Assembly (NCBI RefSeq): GCF_001194135.2
Contig: NC_068998.1
Span: forward strand, 33,757,677 to 33,799,813
Source: Octopus bimaculoides
Taxonomy: Eukaryota
DNA: 42,137 nucleotides
Direction of reading: 5' to 3'
The notes under the pieces are model-generated. The model did not search any database and was not told where the DNA came from. It saw only the letters and a program-made list of their open reading frames with translations. Positions 1 through 12,404 of this stretch are shown piece after piece (position 1 is the first letter of the stretch; every line of letters begins with the position of its first letter). Position numbers and translations under genes: made by a program.

Positions 1-29
1 TATATATACGTTTATATATTCGTTTTGTA

Positions 30-245
30 AGATTCTTGATGTGAAATCATGTGTTGAAACAGATATTGTTGTATTTGGGGATGGTCATGTTGCCAGTTTA
101 GCCAAAAAAAGAACATGCTCTATACATTTGGTGTTAATTTGCTTCAGCTTTATTTTATTTTTTACATTAATCGTGTTTCAGCCAGAGTCCTTTCGTCACA
201 CTTCTGTGACCTCATCAGTGGTCCTTTGCTTTCTTTTTTCTTATT
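30..245 (-). mobile_element. Probable Penelope-like element terminal (pLTR) fragment
   Basis: Carries a minimal type I hammerhead motif (181-224), which is established as typical of Penelope-like element termini. Boundaries are approximate and no ORF is present. Confidence 0.45.
181..224 (-). ncRNA. Minimal type I hammerhead ribozyme motif
   Basis: Minus strand reads ggacca-CTGATGA-g-GTCAC agaagt GTGAC-GAAA-g ga c-TC-tggc. Core CUGAUGA, GAAA and the UH site (CUC) are intact. Stem II has 5 perfect bp, stem I is cca/tgg, and stem III is very short. Confidence 0.7.
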
Positions 246-343
246 TGTGTGTCTTTTCTTACTAACGGTCAGCCATTTTGTATTTTGTATTCCTATTGTA
301 TGTGCTCCCCACACCTCCAATCTTCTTCTTCTTCTTCTTTGGG

Positions 344-660
344 TATCCATCCTCTTGATTCCCACCCACCCACATAATATCTACCCTCCCACTTACTCAT
401 CCCATATCCACACTTATTATCTTTTATCTTTTTTTTCCACTCAATATATTCCTAACAACAAAGTCTGAAAGACACACAATGTAACAACACACTTTCGATG
501 TAAGTCTGACGAAGTATCTCTTTAATGTCGAAAACCATAAACATTACATGATTTTTCATTTAGAAGTTTTATGTAAACTGGTGTTGCAAATAGAGATGGT
601 ACAGAAACAATTGTAACTTATAATTAAAGATGTGTTAAAGAATTTTCCTTGTCTTCTTTT
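344..660. repeat. Dispersed repeat copy A (homologous to 10459-10773)
   Basis: Colinear alignment by eye with 10459-10773, including the shared block gcaaatagagatggtacagaaacaattgtaacttataattaaaga. Both copies follow (CTT)n. Confidence 0.85.
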
Positions 661-675
661 TTTATTGGTATATAC

Positions 676-683
676 ATATATGC

Positions 684-761
<78 letters not shown>

Positions 762-800
762 TGTGTGTGTGTGTGAGAGAGAGAGCAAGGGAGAGAGAGA
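676..800. repeat. Compound microsatellite (TA)n(TG)n(AG)n
   Basis: Read directly. It produces the IYIYIY ORFs in the track. Confidence 0.95.
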
Positions 801-802
801 TA

Positions 803-1100
803 AGGGTCATGTGGCTTAGTGGTTAGGGTGTTGCACTCCCGATTGCTAGATTGTGATTTCAATTCCCAGACCAGGTGTCACATAACCTTTTCTTGAGCAA
901 AACATTTCATCTCATGTTGCTCTGCAATCACTTTGACACCTGACACAAGGTACACTGTGCACCTGTTCAGACAACGTCAATTTGATGGAGAGAGTGAGCT
1001 CATGTGTGACACAAACATTTGATCACTATAAACAAATCATTTGTGCAGGATGCAGAGCAAAAGCTGAATGCTCATATGTCATTTTCGACAGGGGAGTCCG
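803..1100 (+). mobile_element. tRNA-derived SINE
   Basis: A-box tggcttagtgg (812-822) and B-box-like atttcaattcc (856-866). The head resembles the SINE at 17591-17977, and the element ends in (CATA)n. Confidence 0.7.
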
Positions 1101-1257
1101 TCATACATACATACATACATGCATACATACATAATACATACATACATGCATACATACATATATATATATATACATATATACATACATATATATATGCATG
1201 TATATTCATGCACATGCACACACACACACATGTATGCATGCGTACATACATATATAC

Positions 1258-4005
1258 ATATGAAATCATATTGGGACAATCTGCATCCAGAATTAAATCA
1301 TTTTACTGTGAAGCAGCTAAGCCAACAAGCAGCATTTGTAGTGCATAGAAAGAAGGTTAGTAACCGTAACTTTATTAAGAAATCAAAAATTAACCTTCTT
1401 CCCAAATCTATAAACAAAAACAAAAACGTGAATGATATAAGACCACCACGTGGTTTTGCAGCTAGCAACATTCCAACAGATTCTATAATGCCTGTCAGCC
1501 AAACTACATTACTGGCTCAAGTAACTGACCACTGTCCCCCTACTACAACTATGGTAAATAGCAGGCACAACCGCAACGATTATTGTAGTCAGGATTATAT
1601 GCCAGTGAAATTTTCGGAGCAAAAATAACTTTGGCTTTGAAGGACTCCCTTGAGGAGAGAGTATTTTCTACCAAAGTAAGTAAAAAAATCACCAGATACA
1701 GTATTAAAAGCTGTTAACGAAATTGGTGATGAGTATTTACAACAGTGTGGTGAACCCACATACTGGCAGATACTATATACTCTGGCTACTACTGTAAAAC
1801 AGTACATAGGAAGTACCATCATGGATTTTGAAGACAGAGAAAAAGACAGCTGGTTTACGGAAGACAATCAGTCATGTAATGATGCTTACTGCATGCAAAC
1901 AAGCAAATCACTATACATTCCACCAAAAAAGGAAATAGAAATGATGTTTGGAGACAGCAAAAAAAGGACACTCATATGCAAACTGATTATCCTCAAGCAA
2001 GAGCTAAAAGCTGTCAGTGAAAAACTTCAACATCAGAAGAGAATAACCAAGAGAAAATCAATAAACAAAAAACTTAACCACAACCAGGCAGCAGTATACA
2101 GAGACATGAGACGAGGGTCAATAAACATCACAGAAGCTTCTTCATGAGAAAACATAAACTCCTTTTAGAGGAATATCTGGAGTGAAGAGAAGCAATTTAA
2201 CCAAGATGTTCTGTGGCTGGAAGAAATCCATCCAAAAAAGTTATTGCTCCTGTATTACATCCAAGACATACAACATTGATGGTGAAACTCTTGCAACTGC
2301 GATCCAGGAACTACAGGATAGAAATGCACCTGGAAGAGACTTGATTGTTGGATATTGGTACAAGAAGCTAACATTCTACCGACTATATCTTATCAATATG
2401 TACCAGCAAGCTTTTATTAAGAACAATAACATAGCACACTGGTTAGCTCTGACAGAGACAAAATCGATCCCCAAATGCAGAACCACCCACATGATAAAAA
2501 ACTACTGGCCAATTGCATGCCAGAACTTAATGTATAAAATGTATACAGCATGTTTAAACCTCTTCCTCCAGGACCATTGTGAAACCAATAATATTATCAC
2601 ACCATAACAAGCAGCTGAGAAGAAAGGAGTTTGGGGATGTGCCAAGTAAATTGTTAATCAACAAAACTGTGATATCAGAGGTGTGAGAGCATAGGAGGAT
2701 TCTAGTTTCAATGTGGCTAGACTACAAGAAAGTCTTTGGCTCTGTTCCCCACTCATGGATGCTAGAAGCCCTTCAACTTGCTAAAGTTCCAGCAGGAATA
2801 GTCAAAGCCATAGCTGACCTGACTTCATTGTGGGCCACCATCTTGAAATTAAACACAAAGAGTGAATGAATGTATTATCACCAATAGAATACAGTATCGT
2901 AAAGGCATATTCCAAGGAAACAGCTTCTCTGTGATGTTGATTATACTTTCTGTAAACCCCTTGTTATTCATGTTAAGGAAGTCTGAAGGATATCTCATTG
3001 GTTCACAAGGAAACAAAAATACCTAAATTACACACTGTTTCTTTGTGGATGACTTAAAACTTTATGCAAAGAATATGTTTGAGATGAAAAAGAGCCTTGA
3101 CCTAGTTACACCATTCTCAAAGGAATATTATAGGTATCTAGGGGTGGATAAAAATATATCTTACAGTGGCACCTGTAACAAAACACGTGTCACTAAAGAA
3201 TATTACAGCTGAATAAAGAAAATTTGGACTTCAGAACTCTCTGCATTCAATAAAACAGTGGCCCACAATGTGTTTGCAGTGCCAGAACTCATACCAACTT
3301 TGGGCTGCTTGATTGGATGCTTGATAAGGTCTGAGCCATTGATGTGAAAACCTGAAAAATACTAACAAGCACACATAATTTCCACATAAACAGTGATGTA
3401 GGCTGCCTCTACCTAAAACGAAAACAAGGTGGAAGAGATTTAACATCGATCCAAAATGCCTTTGATTGTCACATCATATCCCTTCAGCAACATCTTTTAA
3501 CCACGAAGTGTCAAAGTGCATCCCTTGACCAAGTTTGCATACATGAGGCTAATAACATCATAAAACTTGGAAGGCAGTTCCTTGAGCAACACTCTTTGTC
3601 TGAGAACCTAGAATACATGCCTAAAGAAGTCGCACGACTCTACTGCAATATATCATCAGATAAAATTTCTTGAGAAATTAGGCTTCTCAAAACCAGAAAG
3701 GAGAAAGCTAATTCGATGGCTACAGATCCAGTCCATCACTGGAACTGTAAAAATCTGTAAAGCTTTCCAGAAATTTATCATTTAAATATGTATATGAGCA
3801 TGTCTAGACATGCAAATATATGCATGAGAATACATACATAAGACATACAAATCTGCACATGCACACATACATACATACATACATACATACAAACAAAAAT
3901 ACCTTGTTGATGATGTTGAAATTTCAATGAAGGAGCCTTGGATCTAGGTTAGAAACTGATTTTTTCTCTATTGGCAAGAAATCTTGAAACAAACTGAATA
4001 ATGAT
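1258..4005 (+). mobile_element. R4/Dong-clade non-LTR retrotransposon, decayed and internally deleted
   Basis: RT motifs APGRDLIVGYWYK, NYWPIACQNLMYKMYT, WLDYKKVFGSVPHSW (~2714-2758), FFVDDLKLY (~3038-3064) and YRYLG, with C-terminus LQIQSITGTVKICK ending TAA at ~3785. It has stops and frameshifts, and no CCHC/REL nuclease block is seen. Confidence 0.85.
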
Positions 4006-4007
4006 AT

Positions 4008-4023
4008 GCATATACATACATAT

Positions 4024-4081
<58 letters not shown>

Positions 4082-4158
4082 GCACACATATATATATACA
4101 TATATATATACATACATACATACAATTACGTGTGGTTACACTTCTGAAGTGACACTCA

Positions 4159-4212
<54 letters not shown>
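4008..4212. repeat. Compound (TA)n/(CA)n/(CATA)n microsatellite
   Basis: Read directly. Confidence 0.95.
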
Positions 4213-4214
<2 letters not shown>

Positions 4215-4738
4215 TGTTGGTACGTTTGTATTATATATATTCAAATAAATGTATACTTATGTATGCATTTGTACAGCCATATAAACTATTACATTGTAGA
4301 TAACTTAATTGCTGGCTATCTATTCTAAATCGTTTCGTTACTTTTCATCTTGTTTTGTATTTTTTCATTCTATGTAAGAGTGGACTTGCATTACATATTT
4401 TCGTATTTTCTTTATGAAAAATAGTCTCTGAAAATGTGTTTCTTACATCTTGTGTAATAGTGTGATGATGTGGAAATTATTCAAACAGTTGTAGGAAAGA
4501 AAACAGAATACAACATAAAATTTCCGTTATGGTGTTTTCTATTTTTATTTCTGATATATTTTTATGGTGTGTTGTTGGCTATGTTCAGAATAGCTGCTAC
4601 AATGTACATGGATATGCATTCACACATGTGGAATTGGTTTTTTAACATGCATACTAAGTACTTCATAATGGGTTGGTTGTGTGCACACACACATGCACAC
4701 ACACATGCACACACATAGCATGAATATGTGTGTGTGTA

Positions 4739-4805
<67 letters not shown>

Positions 4806-4984
4806 GTATTACACATATATATTCAATAGATATATATGTATATGGGTGTGTGCTTCTGTACGTGTATGTCACTGTCTGCTTGCCTTGACATCATGTGACA
4901 GTTGTAAACAAGTGTCACTGTAATGCAAGCAGTGTCCTTTTTTCCCATATTCTGCGAAAACATGTCTATTCATGGGAGAAGCAG

Positions 4985-5085
4985 GTGAAGGTTGGTGGAA
5001 AAATGAGTATCCAGCCAGAGAAAATCCATCTCAATATATTCTGTCCAATCCATGCTTGCATGGGCCCAATGTTAAACAATGAGAC
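4985..5085 (+). mobile_element. Short fragment with RTE-like 3' tail motif
   Basis: ggttggtggaaaaatgagtatccagcc...ccatgcttgcatgg matches motifs in the copies at 9560-9830, 18560-18730 and 32250-32420. Confidence 0.5.
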
Positions 5086-5100
5086 AATAATTCTTTTCTA

Positions 5101-5307
5101 CTCTAGGCACAAGGCCTGAAATTTTGGGGGTGGTGGCCAGTTGCTTAGATCAACCTCAGTACACAACTGGTACTTAATTTATCAACCCCGAAAGGGTGAA
5201 AAGCAAAGTCGACCTTGGTGGAATTTGAACTCAGAATGTAAAGATAGACGAAATTCCCCTAAGCATTTTGCCTGGTGTGCTAACGTTTCTGCCAGCTTGT
5301 CGCCTTA
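5101..5307 (-). mobile_element. tRNA-derived SINE (aggcg..gagctggcaga family)
   Basis: Reverse complement aligns with the + copy at 22268-22479: head aggcgacaagctggcagaaacgttagc, B-box gttcaaattcc, tail aaaatttcaggccttgtgcct. Confidence 0.85.
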
Positions 5308-5561
5308 ACAACGAGGCAATAAGGATAAAGCAATGATACTCATCCATGCATATATAAAACTTATTAAGTGCAGGACATCACTAACGGATGAAAAATACGT
5401 ACATACAAGTGAATAAGTACAGGACAAAATACCAAAAGAAGATAACTCGCTCATCAATGGTCGACTGCATTACTGACCCTTTTTGTGTGGGTCATCTCAT
5501 AAATAATGTGGGTTTTTTTATCCTTCTTTTATTTTTCAGATTATGATAAGCAAAGTTCCTT

Positions 5562-6581
5562 TTAATCTAAAATATACTCTCCTTCATTTTCTACAATGCT
5601 CTTCCATTTATCTGGTAGACTTGCAAAGCTTCTCTTTCAAAATTCACTTGTCCTTGATGAAAAATACTCCTCCACTATTGTTCTGACCTCCGCTACAGAG
5701 TTCATATGTTTTCCATCCAAATGATTTTGAAGACTGCGGAATAAATGATGATCAGATTGGTCAATGTCTGGCGAATATGACTGGTGGGGGCATCGTTTCC
5801 TATTCAAACAGCTCTAGCCTTTAGAATGTCATCCTCGCTGTATGTGGCCAAACATTATCCTGATGGAAGACCACCTTTTGTTTTGAAACCAAAGATGGCC
5901 GTTTTTCTTCCAGCCCTGACTTAACCTGCTCAAGCTGCTCGCAGTAGATCTCCTTTGTTATTGATTGGTTTGGGTTTAAAAGTTCAAAGTGAACTAGACC
6001 TTTCACATCCCACAAACAGATAACAACATTTTAAAGACGTTCTTTAGCCTGGGGTTCCAGTGTTTCCTCTTTCCCTGCCCACTGTCTTCAGCACTTGATA
6101 TTTTTATAGAGAACCCATTTCTTGTCACCAGTCACTATTCGGTCCAAAAAAGGTTCATTCGTGAGACGTAACAGCAAAGAAGAGCACACATTCACTCTCT
6201 GTGCACGATTAGACATGGAAAGTTTGTGAGGAACCCATTGACCCAATTTGCTGACTTTTCTGATAGCATGCAGTTGTCGATGAATGGTTGAATGAGCAAA
6301 TCCAAGCTTCTCTGCTAGTTCCTCAACAGTCACGATGGGATTTTTTCCACCAGGGTTTTCAGGATGTCCTCGTCATGTTCTTCAGATTTTCGAGGATGAG
6401 GCTCCTCTTCTAGGCTGTAATTTCTGGCTAGGAAATTCTGGAACTACCGTTAATACTGGCTTATGCTTATTGTCCAATCCCCATATACTGCATCAATATT
6501 CCTCACACTTTCCATTGTGTTGATTCCTTTATTGAACTCATAAAGCAAAATTTGCCGAATATGCTCCTTTGACACTTCCAT
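5562..6581 (-). pseudogene. mariner transposase pseudogene
   Basis: ATG at 6581 (MEVSKEHIRQILLYEFNKG), then WVPHKLS, VTGDKKW, FHQDNVWPH and YSPDIDQSDHHLF, ending TAA at 5562. It is frameshifted and contains stops. Confidence 0.9.
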
Positions 6582-6639
6582 TATATGTTTGATAAATAAC
6601 TGTTAAAATCGAATTGCACTAAGAATAAGTGACTTTTAT

Positions 6640-8315
6640 TGCCCACAAGGGGTTGATATAGAGGAGACAATACAAGGACATGTAGGGACATATAACAAAT
6701 TAAAGAAAAGGAACACAAGTGCAAGTTACAATGAATTACAAAATGAAAATGATTGATAAAATGAAGTATTCTCAGCCCCACCTCTGAGTTGCTTCATTTT
6801 TTCCATTGTTCATTTTTCCTTTTTGTACTTGGTGCCTTTCAAGATGTCGAAACTGTACTCTTTTAGTAATTGCATGTAATCTATGTTCCATGGTAATTTT
6901 TGAATATCTAGTTCAACATTTTAAATCCTCCTTTGAATTTTGTAACTTTTTCCCTCTGCTCCTCATCCAACAACAGGCAGCAATGTCACCCTTGTACATT
7001 GTCGAACTTGTGAGTGTCCACCACTCTTATATTTTTCCACTTCTTTATTTCTTCTCACAGGTCTTTATTAGTATTGTCATACATAATAGCAAAGTTACTT
7101 CTTTTCTTTTTTGGGGGAGGTGGGGATGTTGAATGGCTTGTGTCTGACTGTATTTGCTTTTGTGCTGGAGGGGGTGGGTAGGTTCAGTGTCTGTAGGGAG
7201 TGGGTAGGAGGAAGAGGGTGTTGGGTGGGGTGGTACCTGGTTTCCTCCTTTTCTTTTCCTTTTCTTGCCTGGTGTCACCCATTCGCCTTCTGTTCCGCTT
7301 TCTTCTGTTTTTGCTGGTAGTGGTGGTGTTATTTTTTCCTTTTCTCTTGCCAGTTCTTCCTTTCTCTTTTTGTCTTGTAGAGGGCAGTTTGCTCTAATGT
7401 GGCCTTTCTGGCCACACTTGTAGCATCTGGGAATCCTACCCTCTACTCAAACTACCATTATTACACCGTCAAATGCTATTGTTTCCGGCAACTCTTCTAT
7501 TATTTCCTTCGGTCCTTGTATCACCATGTTTAGGGATTGCTCTTTCCAGTTTCTTGTTTCCCTCTTGATGGCCTGGAGAACCGTTATCTCTTCCTCGTTG
7601 CCGAACAAGCTAGTAGCTGCTATCCAGGCCACGTCAACGTCTGAGAGGATTCCCTCTACATTAACCCTTATGGCATGCCTTCCACGGTATATCAGCAACA
7701 TCACCACTTCATCAGTTTTTAAGATTGCTGCCGCATTCAAATTTGCTATGGTTGCATCCTTAAATCGAACTTCAACTGTTCCAAATTTACTCCCTTCCAG
7801 ACTGGTCTTAGTGCTTTCTCTACTTGATTCGTCGTCATTTCGTTGATTCTTCCTGCATCTACTGAATGTGTTTTGTATACTACCTTACATTCCATCCTAT
7901 TAATGATAATATCCATTGGGGCTGCCACTTCTACATTAGTTCCTTCCCTTTTCGTCATTTTTGAATAGTCCTTCTACTCATTCCTTTCCATATTATGCTC
8001 CAATATTTTTGCCACCTCTGCATAGCTTCTATATAGCCTTGCTTTTTTCTCCTTCTTAGTGGTCCATGGAATATCTGACTGCTCAGAATTGGACACATCA
8101 GTGTAGCTGCTATCTGAAAATCTGATGCCTTCCATTTTTCTACCTGGCCTACCCTCCTCTATGAGGAGGAAAAGTACAACCAGACTGCCACAAGGCAGCA
8201 AAAACCAAAGTATTCAGCGAACACTACAACAATATTTAAACCACAATACAACAGCAATACAAACCAGATTCTTCAAAGCTTGCAAGGTAAAATTGCAAGG
8301 TAAAATTACTACCTG
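6640..8315 (-). mobile_element. ORF1(gag)-only non-autonomous retroelement
   Basis: Flanked by a 7-bp direct repeat cttttat (6633-6639, 8316-8322). A decayed ORF has FGTVEVRF..YRGRHAIRVNVEG followed by the CCHC knuckle CYKCGQKGHIRANC (7384-7425). No RT, endonuclease or LTRs are seen. Confidence 0.7.
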
Positions 8316-8418
8316 CTTTTATAGGAAGTTGATGCAGGTAGTTTATCTCATCCAGCTCTGTCTTTTAGTTCATGCAACTGAAAAAAACCACATTATTTAT
8401 GGAATGACCCAATATATA

Positions 8419-9513
8419 CAGAGTGCACTGAATAAACTATCGTCTAAATTACGGAAAAATGAAAATAACACTGACATCTTATTTTAACAGATATATTTAC
8501 CAAAATTAAATTAAAATATTCTGAAATACTAAAGAGTAAATTTATTCAATAAAATTGCCATTGGCTTCAACCACGGCCTCCAGACGTCTTTGGAATCTCC
8601 TGCAACTCTTCTGGGCAGCCTCCTTGTTTAAGTTGGTGAATGCTACCATAATTCTTGCCTTCAGTTCATCTTTAGTGTTACAAGTTTTGTTGGTCTCTCG
8701 CTCAGCATGAGATGTAGGCCTCCGTGTTGAATCTGAGGCCTTGTGGGAAGATGAATGGAAGCATAACGTTGCTAACACAAGTGATCACTCTAAACAACAT
8801 GATGTTGAGTGGGTGCTTGATTTTTATCACTCGCAGTACATGTTTTGGGGACTCAGAAAGGCAACAATTGTTCTGTGTGTTCACCATCTGACTCTGGTAG
8901 AAAATTTTCGTGTCTGAGAAAAACCAAAGCATGTTCAGTTGGAAAGGATGCTTGAGTTTGTTCAAAAGCTTCGTAGCATGGTCTTTCCTCTTGTCCTTGA
9001 TGACTTAGAAAAAAATTGGCCCTTTCTCATCTTGTATGAGGAATACTGAATGCCTTCATGCACTACCTGCCTGATAAGAAACTCAGACACTCCCATGTCC
9101 CTGGCGGTGGACCTGATTGACTTGGAGGGATCGTTGTCAATCTTGGCTTGGATTTCGCCAAGAAATTCAGGGGTTCTTTTCTTATTAGAACAACCAGAGT
9201 GAGTTTTCCAAGCTGCCGTACCTTCATAATTAGCATTAGACTCATTCAACTCTTTCCGAATCCTCTGCACTGTCCTCAGATTAACACCCAAACGCTCTGA
9301 AATGTTTATATTGGAGCTTCTGGTACGAATACCAAGCAGTTCAACATATTGTTTCCAAATTTCTGACAGTGAATTACATCATGGTGTTGTTTTTCTCACA
9401 GATGGTGCCTAACTGACCCTACTATATTGTGTAGTCAACAAAAGAAAAGACAAATATTGCACATGCATGAAATTAGAAATATAATGTGGTGACAATTTAC
9501 CCATTGCACTCTG
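8419..9513 (-). mobile_element. Tc1/mariner superfamily element (maT/DD37D-like), internally deleted
   Basis: TIRs cagagtgcactgaataaact (from 8419) and aatttacccattgcactctg (to 9513), with TA on both sides. The transposase remnant (~8542-9382) has HTH (GVNLRTVQRIRKEL), WFFSDTKIF and C-terminal ANGNFIE. EAYI joins almost directly to ERETNK, so catalytic D2/D3 are lost. Confidence 0.85.
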
Positions 9514-9559
9514 TACATATATATATATATATACACACACTTATGTATATACACATATC

Positions 9560-10089
9560 CTCATCATCATCGTTTAACATTCATCTTCCATGCATGCATG
9601 GGTAGGATGGTTGATAAGAGCCGGTCAGGTAGAAAAACTACCCTAGGCTACTGTGTCTGTTTTGGCAGAGATTTTATGGCTTGACGCTCTTTCTAACACC
9701 GACCATTCTGCAGAGTGGACTCTGCACTTTTTAAGTGGCACTAGCACAGGCGAGGTTACTTTTGACATGATTTTAACAGCTGGATGCCCTTCCAAACGCC
9801 AACCACGTTACAGTATGAACTGGATGCTTTTAACATAACACCAGCACTGGCAGGGTAACCAAGTAACTTGCAAGGCAAGGAATTATGAGAGGAGCAGGGC
9901 ATTTGAGGAACCTGTGTCAGAGGATTAGAGACAGAAAGACATAAGCAGCATCTCATCACAACAGAGGGAGCATTAGAGGAGGTAATCCAATATCAAATGA
10001 TGAAAGGTTAGAGTGTAACAGAGAAATAGAGAGAGGCAGAAATAGGTGTCTTGCTATAGAGGAGGTACATGGATACCCAGTGAGAGAGG

Positions 10090-10133
<44 letters not shown>

Positions 10134-10330
10134 GGGAGGTGCAAGAAAGAGGCCAGAAACAAGTGTGCTGATGAGATACTTAGTTACCTAGTCAGACGAA
10201 AAACAAGAGAAAGACAGAGAGAAAGAGAGAGACCAGAGGCTAGAAAGAGTAGGAAACAGCAAAAGTGGAAGAAAGAGCAAAAAAGTGATGGTGTAGAGCT
10301 AAGGTATACTTTCAAGTAACAAAAATATGA
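9560..10330 (-). mobile_element. Non-coding element ending in RTE-like tail and (TGA)n
   Basis: catcatcatcgtttaacattc..ccatgcatgcatgggtagga tail motif with an internally duplicated ggatgcccttcc..acgccaaccac-like block and an AG-rich body. The far boundary is approximate. Confidence 0.55.
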
Positions 10331-10458
10331 ACGTACAACCTGGGTAGAAAAATAGTGTGTGGGTCAGTCCCTCTTCTTCTTCTTCTTCTTCTTCTTTATT
10401 TTCATATTCTTCAGCTCATTTTCCTCCTCCTTCCCTTTCTCTTTCCCCTTCTTATGCA

Positions 10459-10900
10459 TATCCATCCTCTTGATTCCCCCCACCCACATAATATCTACTC
10501 CCCACTTACTCATCCTAAATCCACACTTTTAATTTGTTTCTTTTTTTATTTCCTCCCAATATATTCCTAACAACAAGGTCTGAAGGACTCACAGTGTAAC
10601 AACACACCTTCGATGCAAGTCTGATGAAGTGCCTCTTTAATGTCTAAAACCACAAACATTACGTGATTTTTCATTTAGAACTTTTACATAAACTTGCATT
10701 GCAAATAGAGATGGTACAGAAACAATTGTAACTTATAATTAAAGACGTGTTAAAGAATTTTCTTTGTCTGCTTCTTTTCATTGAACTATTTACTCTTTTC
10801 CAAACCCATTTTACAGTATAACCACCATGAAACTTCGATTTTCTACATCTGAAGAATTCCAGCGTTGGCCTGAAACCTGACAGCATTGATAGCCCAGTAT
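10459..10900. repeat. Dispersed repeat copy B (longer than copy A), probable Penelope-type terminus
   Basis: Aligns to 344-660 and extends further, with a degenerate CTGAAGA...GAAAC motif at 10849-10876. Confidence 0.7.
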
Positions 10901-11374
10901 TCAGGTTAAGTGCTTCCCTAGAAATACCTCAACTTTACACCTCACCTGACCTTATATATATCTTATGTCCATCTCCTGTGTTCCTACCTTTAGGATTTCA
11001 CTTCATACATGCCAGCTCAATTTGATTCATTCTGAGTTGAAAGACACCTGCTGTTATTTCTTGTTGTTTGTAATCATAATTGTGTACCATGTTCTCTGTT
11101 TTTCTTTGTTTGTTTGTTTTTTTTGTCTTGGTTGCTGTACACATTCACTAGCTTTCTTACAAAGGGGTCTAATGCTTTTTGGGGCACAATCAGATCGAAC
11201 CATCTCAAGTGTAACTGCCCGAAATAGTCATGACTTCTGGGACTTGACTGAGGAAAGAAAGCCACGAATGACACGTCTTTCTTTGCCTGTCCTTCTAATT
11301 GTTGTTTCTCTTGTCTGTCTTTGTATCGTCTATCTGCCGAAATGTTTTAATGTCCTCTATTGCAATTTTGTTCC

Positions 11375-11416
<42 letters not shown>

Positions 11417-12329
11417 CACACACATATCTGAAAGACAGATGGAACAAGAAATAGTGATTTAAACAAGAGAAAGATCTTCCAACCAAAATATATTTACAGA
11501 GTATTTAATAGTTCTGTGTATAAGGACAAATGAATGAAAGTGTATGTTATGCTATTTTAAATTATTTCAGTTTTATTGAGCAAAAGTTTCTTGAACTCTA
11601 ACTTAACGCATAAACAGCAATATTTCTTATTTCTTCATGTAAATTGTTGTATTTAATGTGAATTTTTGATTAGTGCTTTGTTTATCTATGTTGTGCTTTT
11701 AATTCACTTTAATTACAGTATCAATTAGCTTCTAATTAAAGCTATATGCACATTTAGAATCATTATGGTATTTTTGATAAACTTGTTTGATTAAATTTGT
11801 TGCATTTTTTCCTACAAAAATCAGTTTTTTTCTTATTTTTGTAATTGTTTTGCCAAAAATCAATTGAATCTTATTCAAGAGATAGAAAAAATGATAATTT
11901 AAGATTTACATTAGTAATATTCAGCAAAGAAATTATTCTTATTTATGTCCTCATAACTGTTGTCATTATAATTTTTTTTCTATTTGTGATGATTTAAAAC
12001 TAAATCCTCACAAATTGTTTTCATTTTCTTACTGCTTGAATATATTTGAATAAAGAAAAAAATTTTGCATATATCTTGTTTTATTCAATTGTATGTTGTT
12101 CCATGCTGCTGTATTTGTTCAAGGCTTATAATTTGCATTTCTGTCACAACTTGACTCCCTTGGGCATTATATTCTATTTTCATATTATCAATTTTGCAAT
12201 TTGTCCTGTTTCCTTTTATTGATATTTTTATTATTTACGGTTTTCCAAGGCATGTTCATTTTTTAAAAGATTCTTTTATGCAAAGCATTTTGAAAAAAGT
12301 TTGCTTTGAATTTCATAGAAATTTCTTAC

Positions 12330-12404
12330 CTCTTTTGAAACAATGGAAAAATTTTAGAGAAATGTGAAAATATCATGGGTATAATAAGTTAAAAACTTTT
12401 CAGT
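12330..12404 (-). pseudogene. Candidate exon TEKFLTYYTHDIFTFL*NFSIVSKE
   Basis: actaatag| acceptor and gag|gtaaga donor. 75 nt, phase 0-0, one TAA. Confidence 0.5.

Larger units (their letters stand above)
5487..8412 (-). mobile_element. mariner (DD34D) transposon interrupted by a 1.68-kb insertion
   Basis: TIRs tgggtcatctcataaataatgtggg (~5488-5512) and ccacattatttatggaatgaccca (~8388-8411). The transposase remnant is at 5562-6581. Confidence 0.85.

Noticed and set aside
5440-5470. Minus-strand TTGATGAGCGAG-ttat hammerhead-like start
   Set aside because: There is no closing stem II strand and no GAAA.
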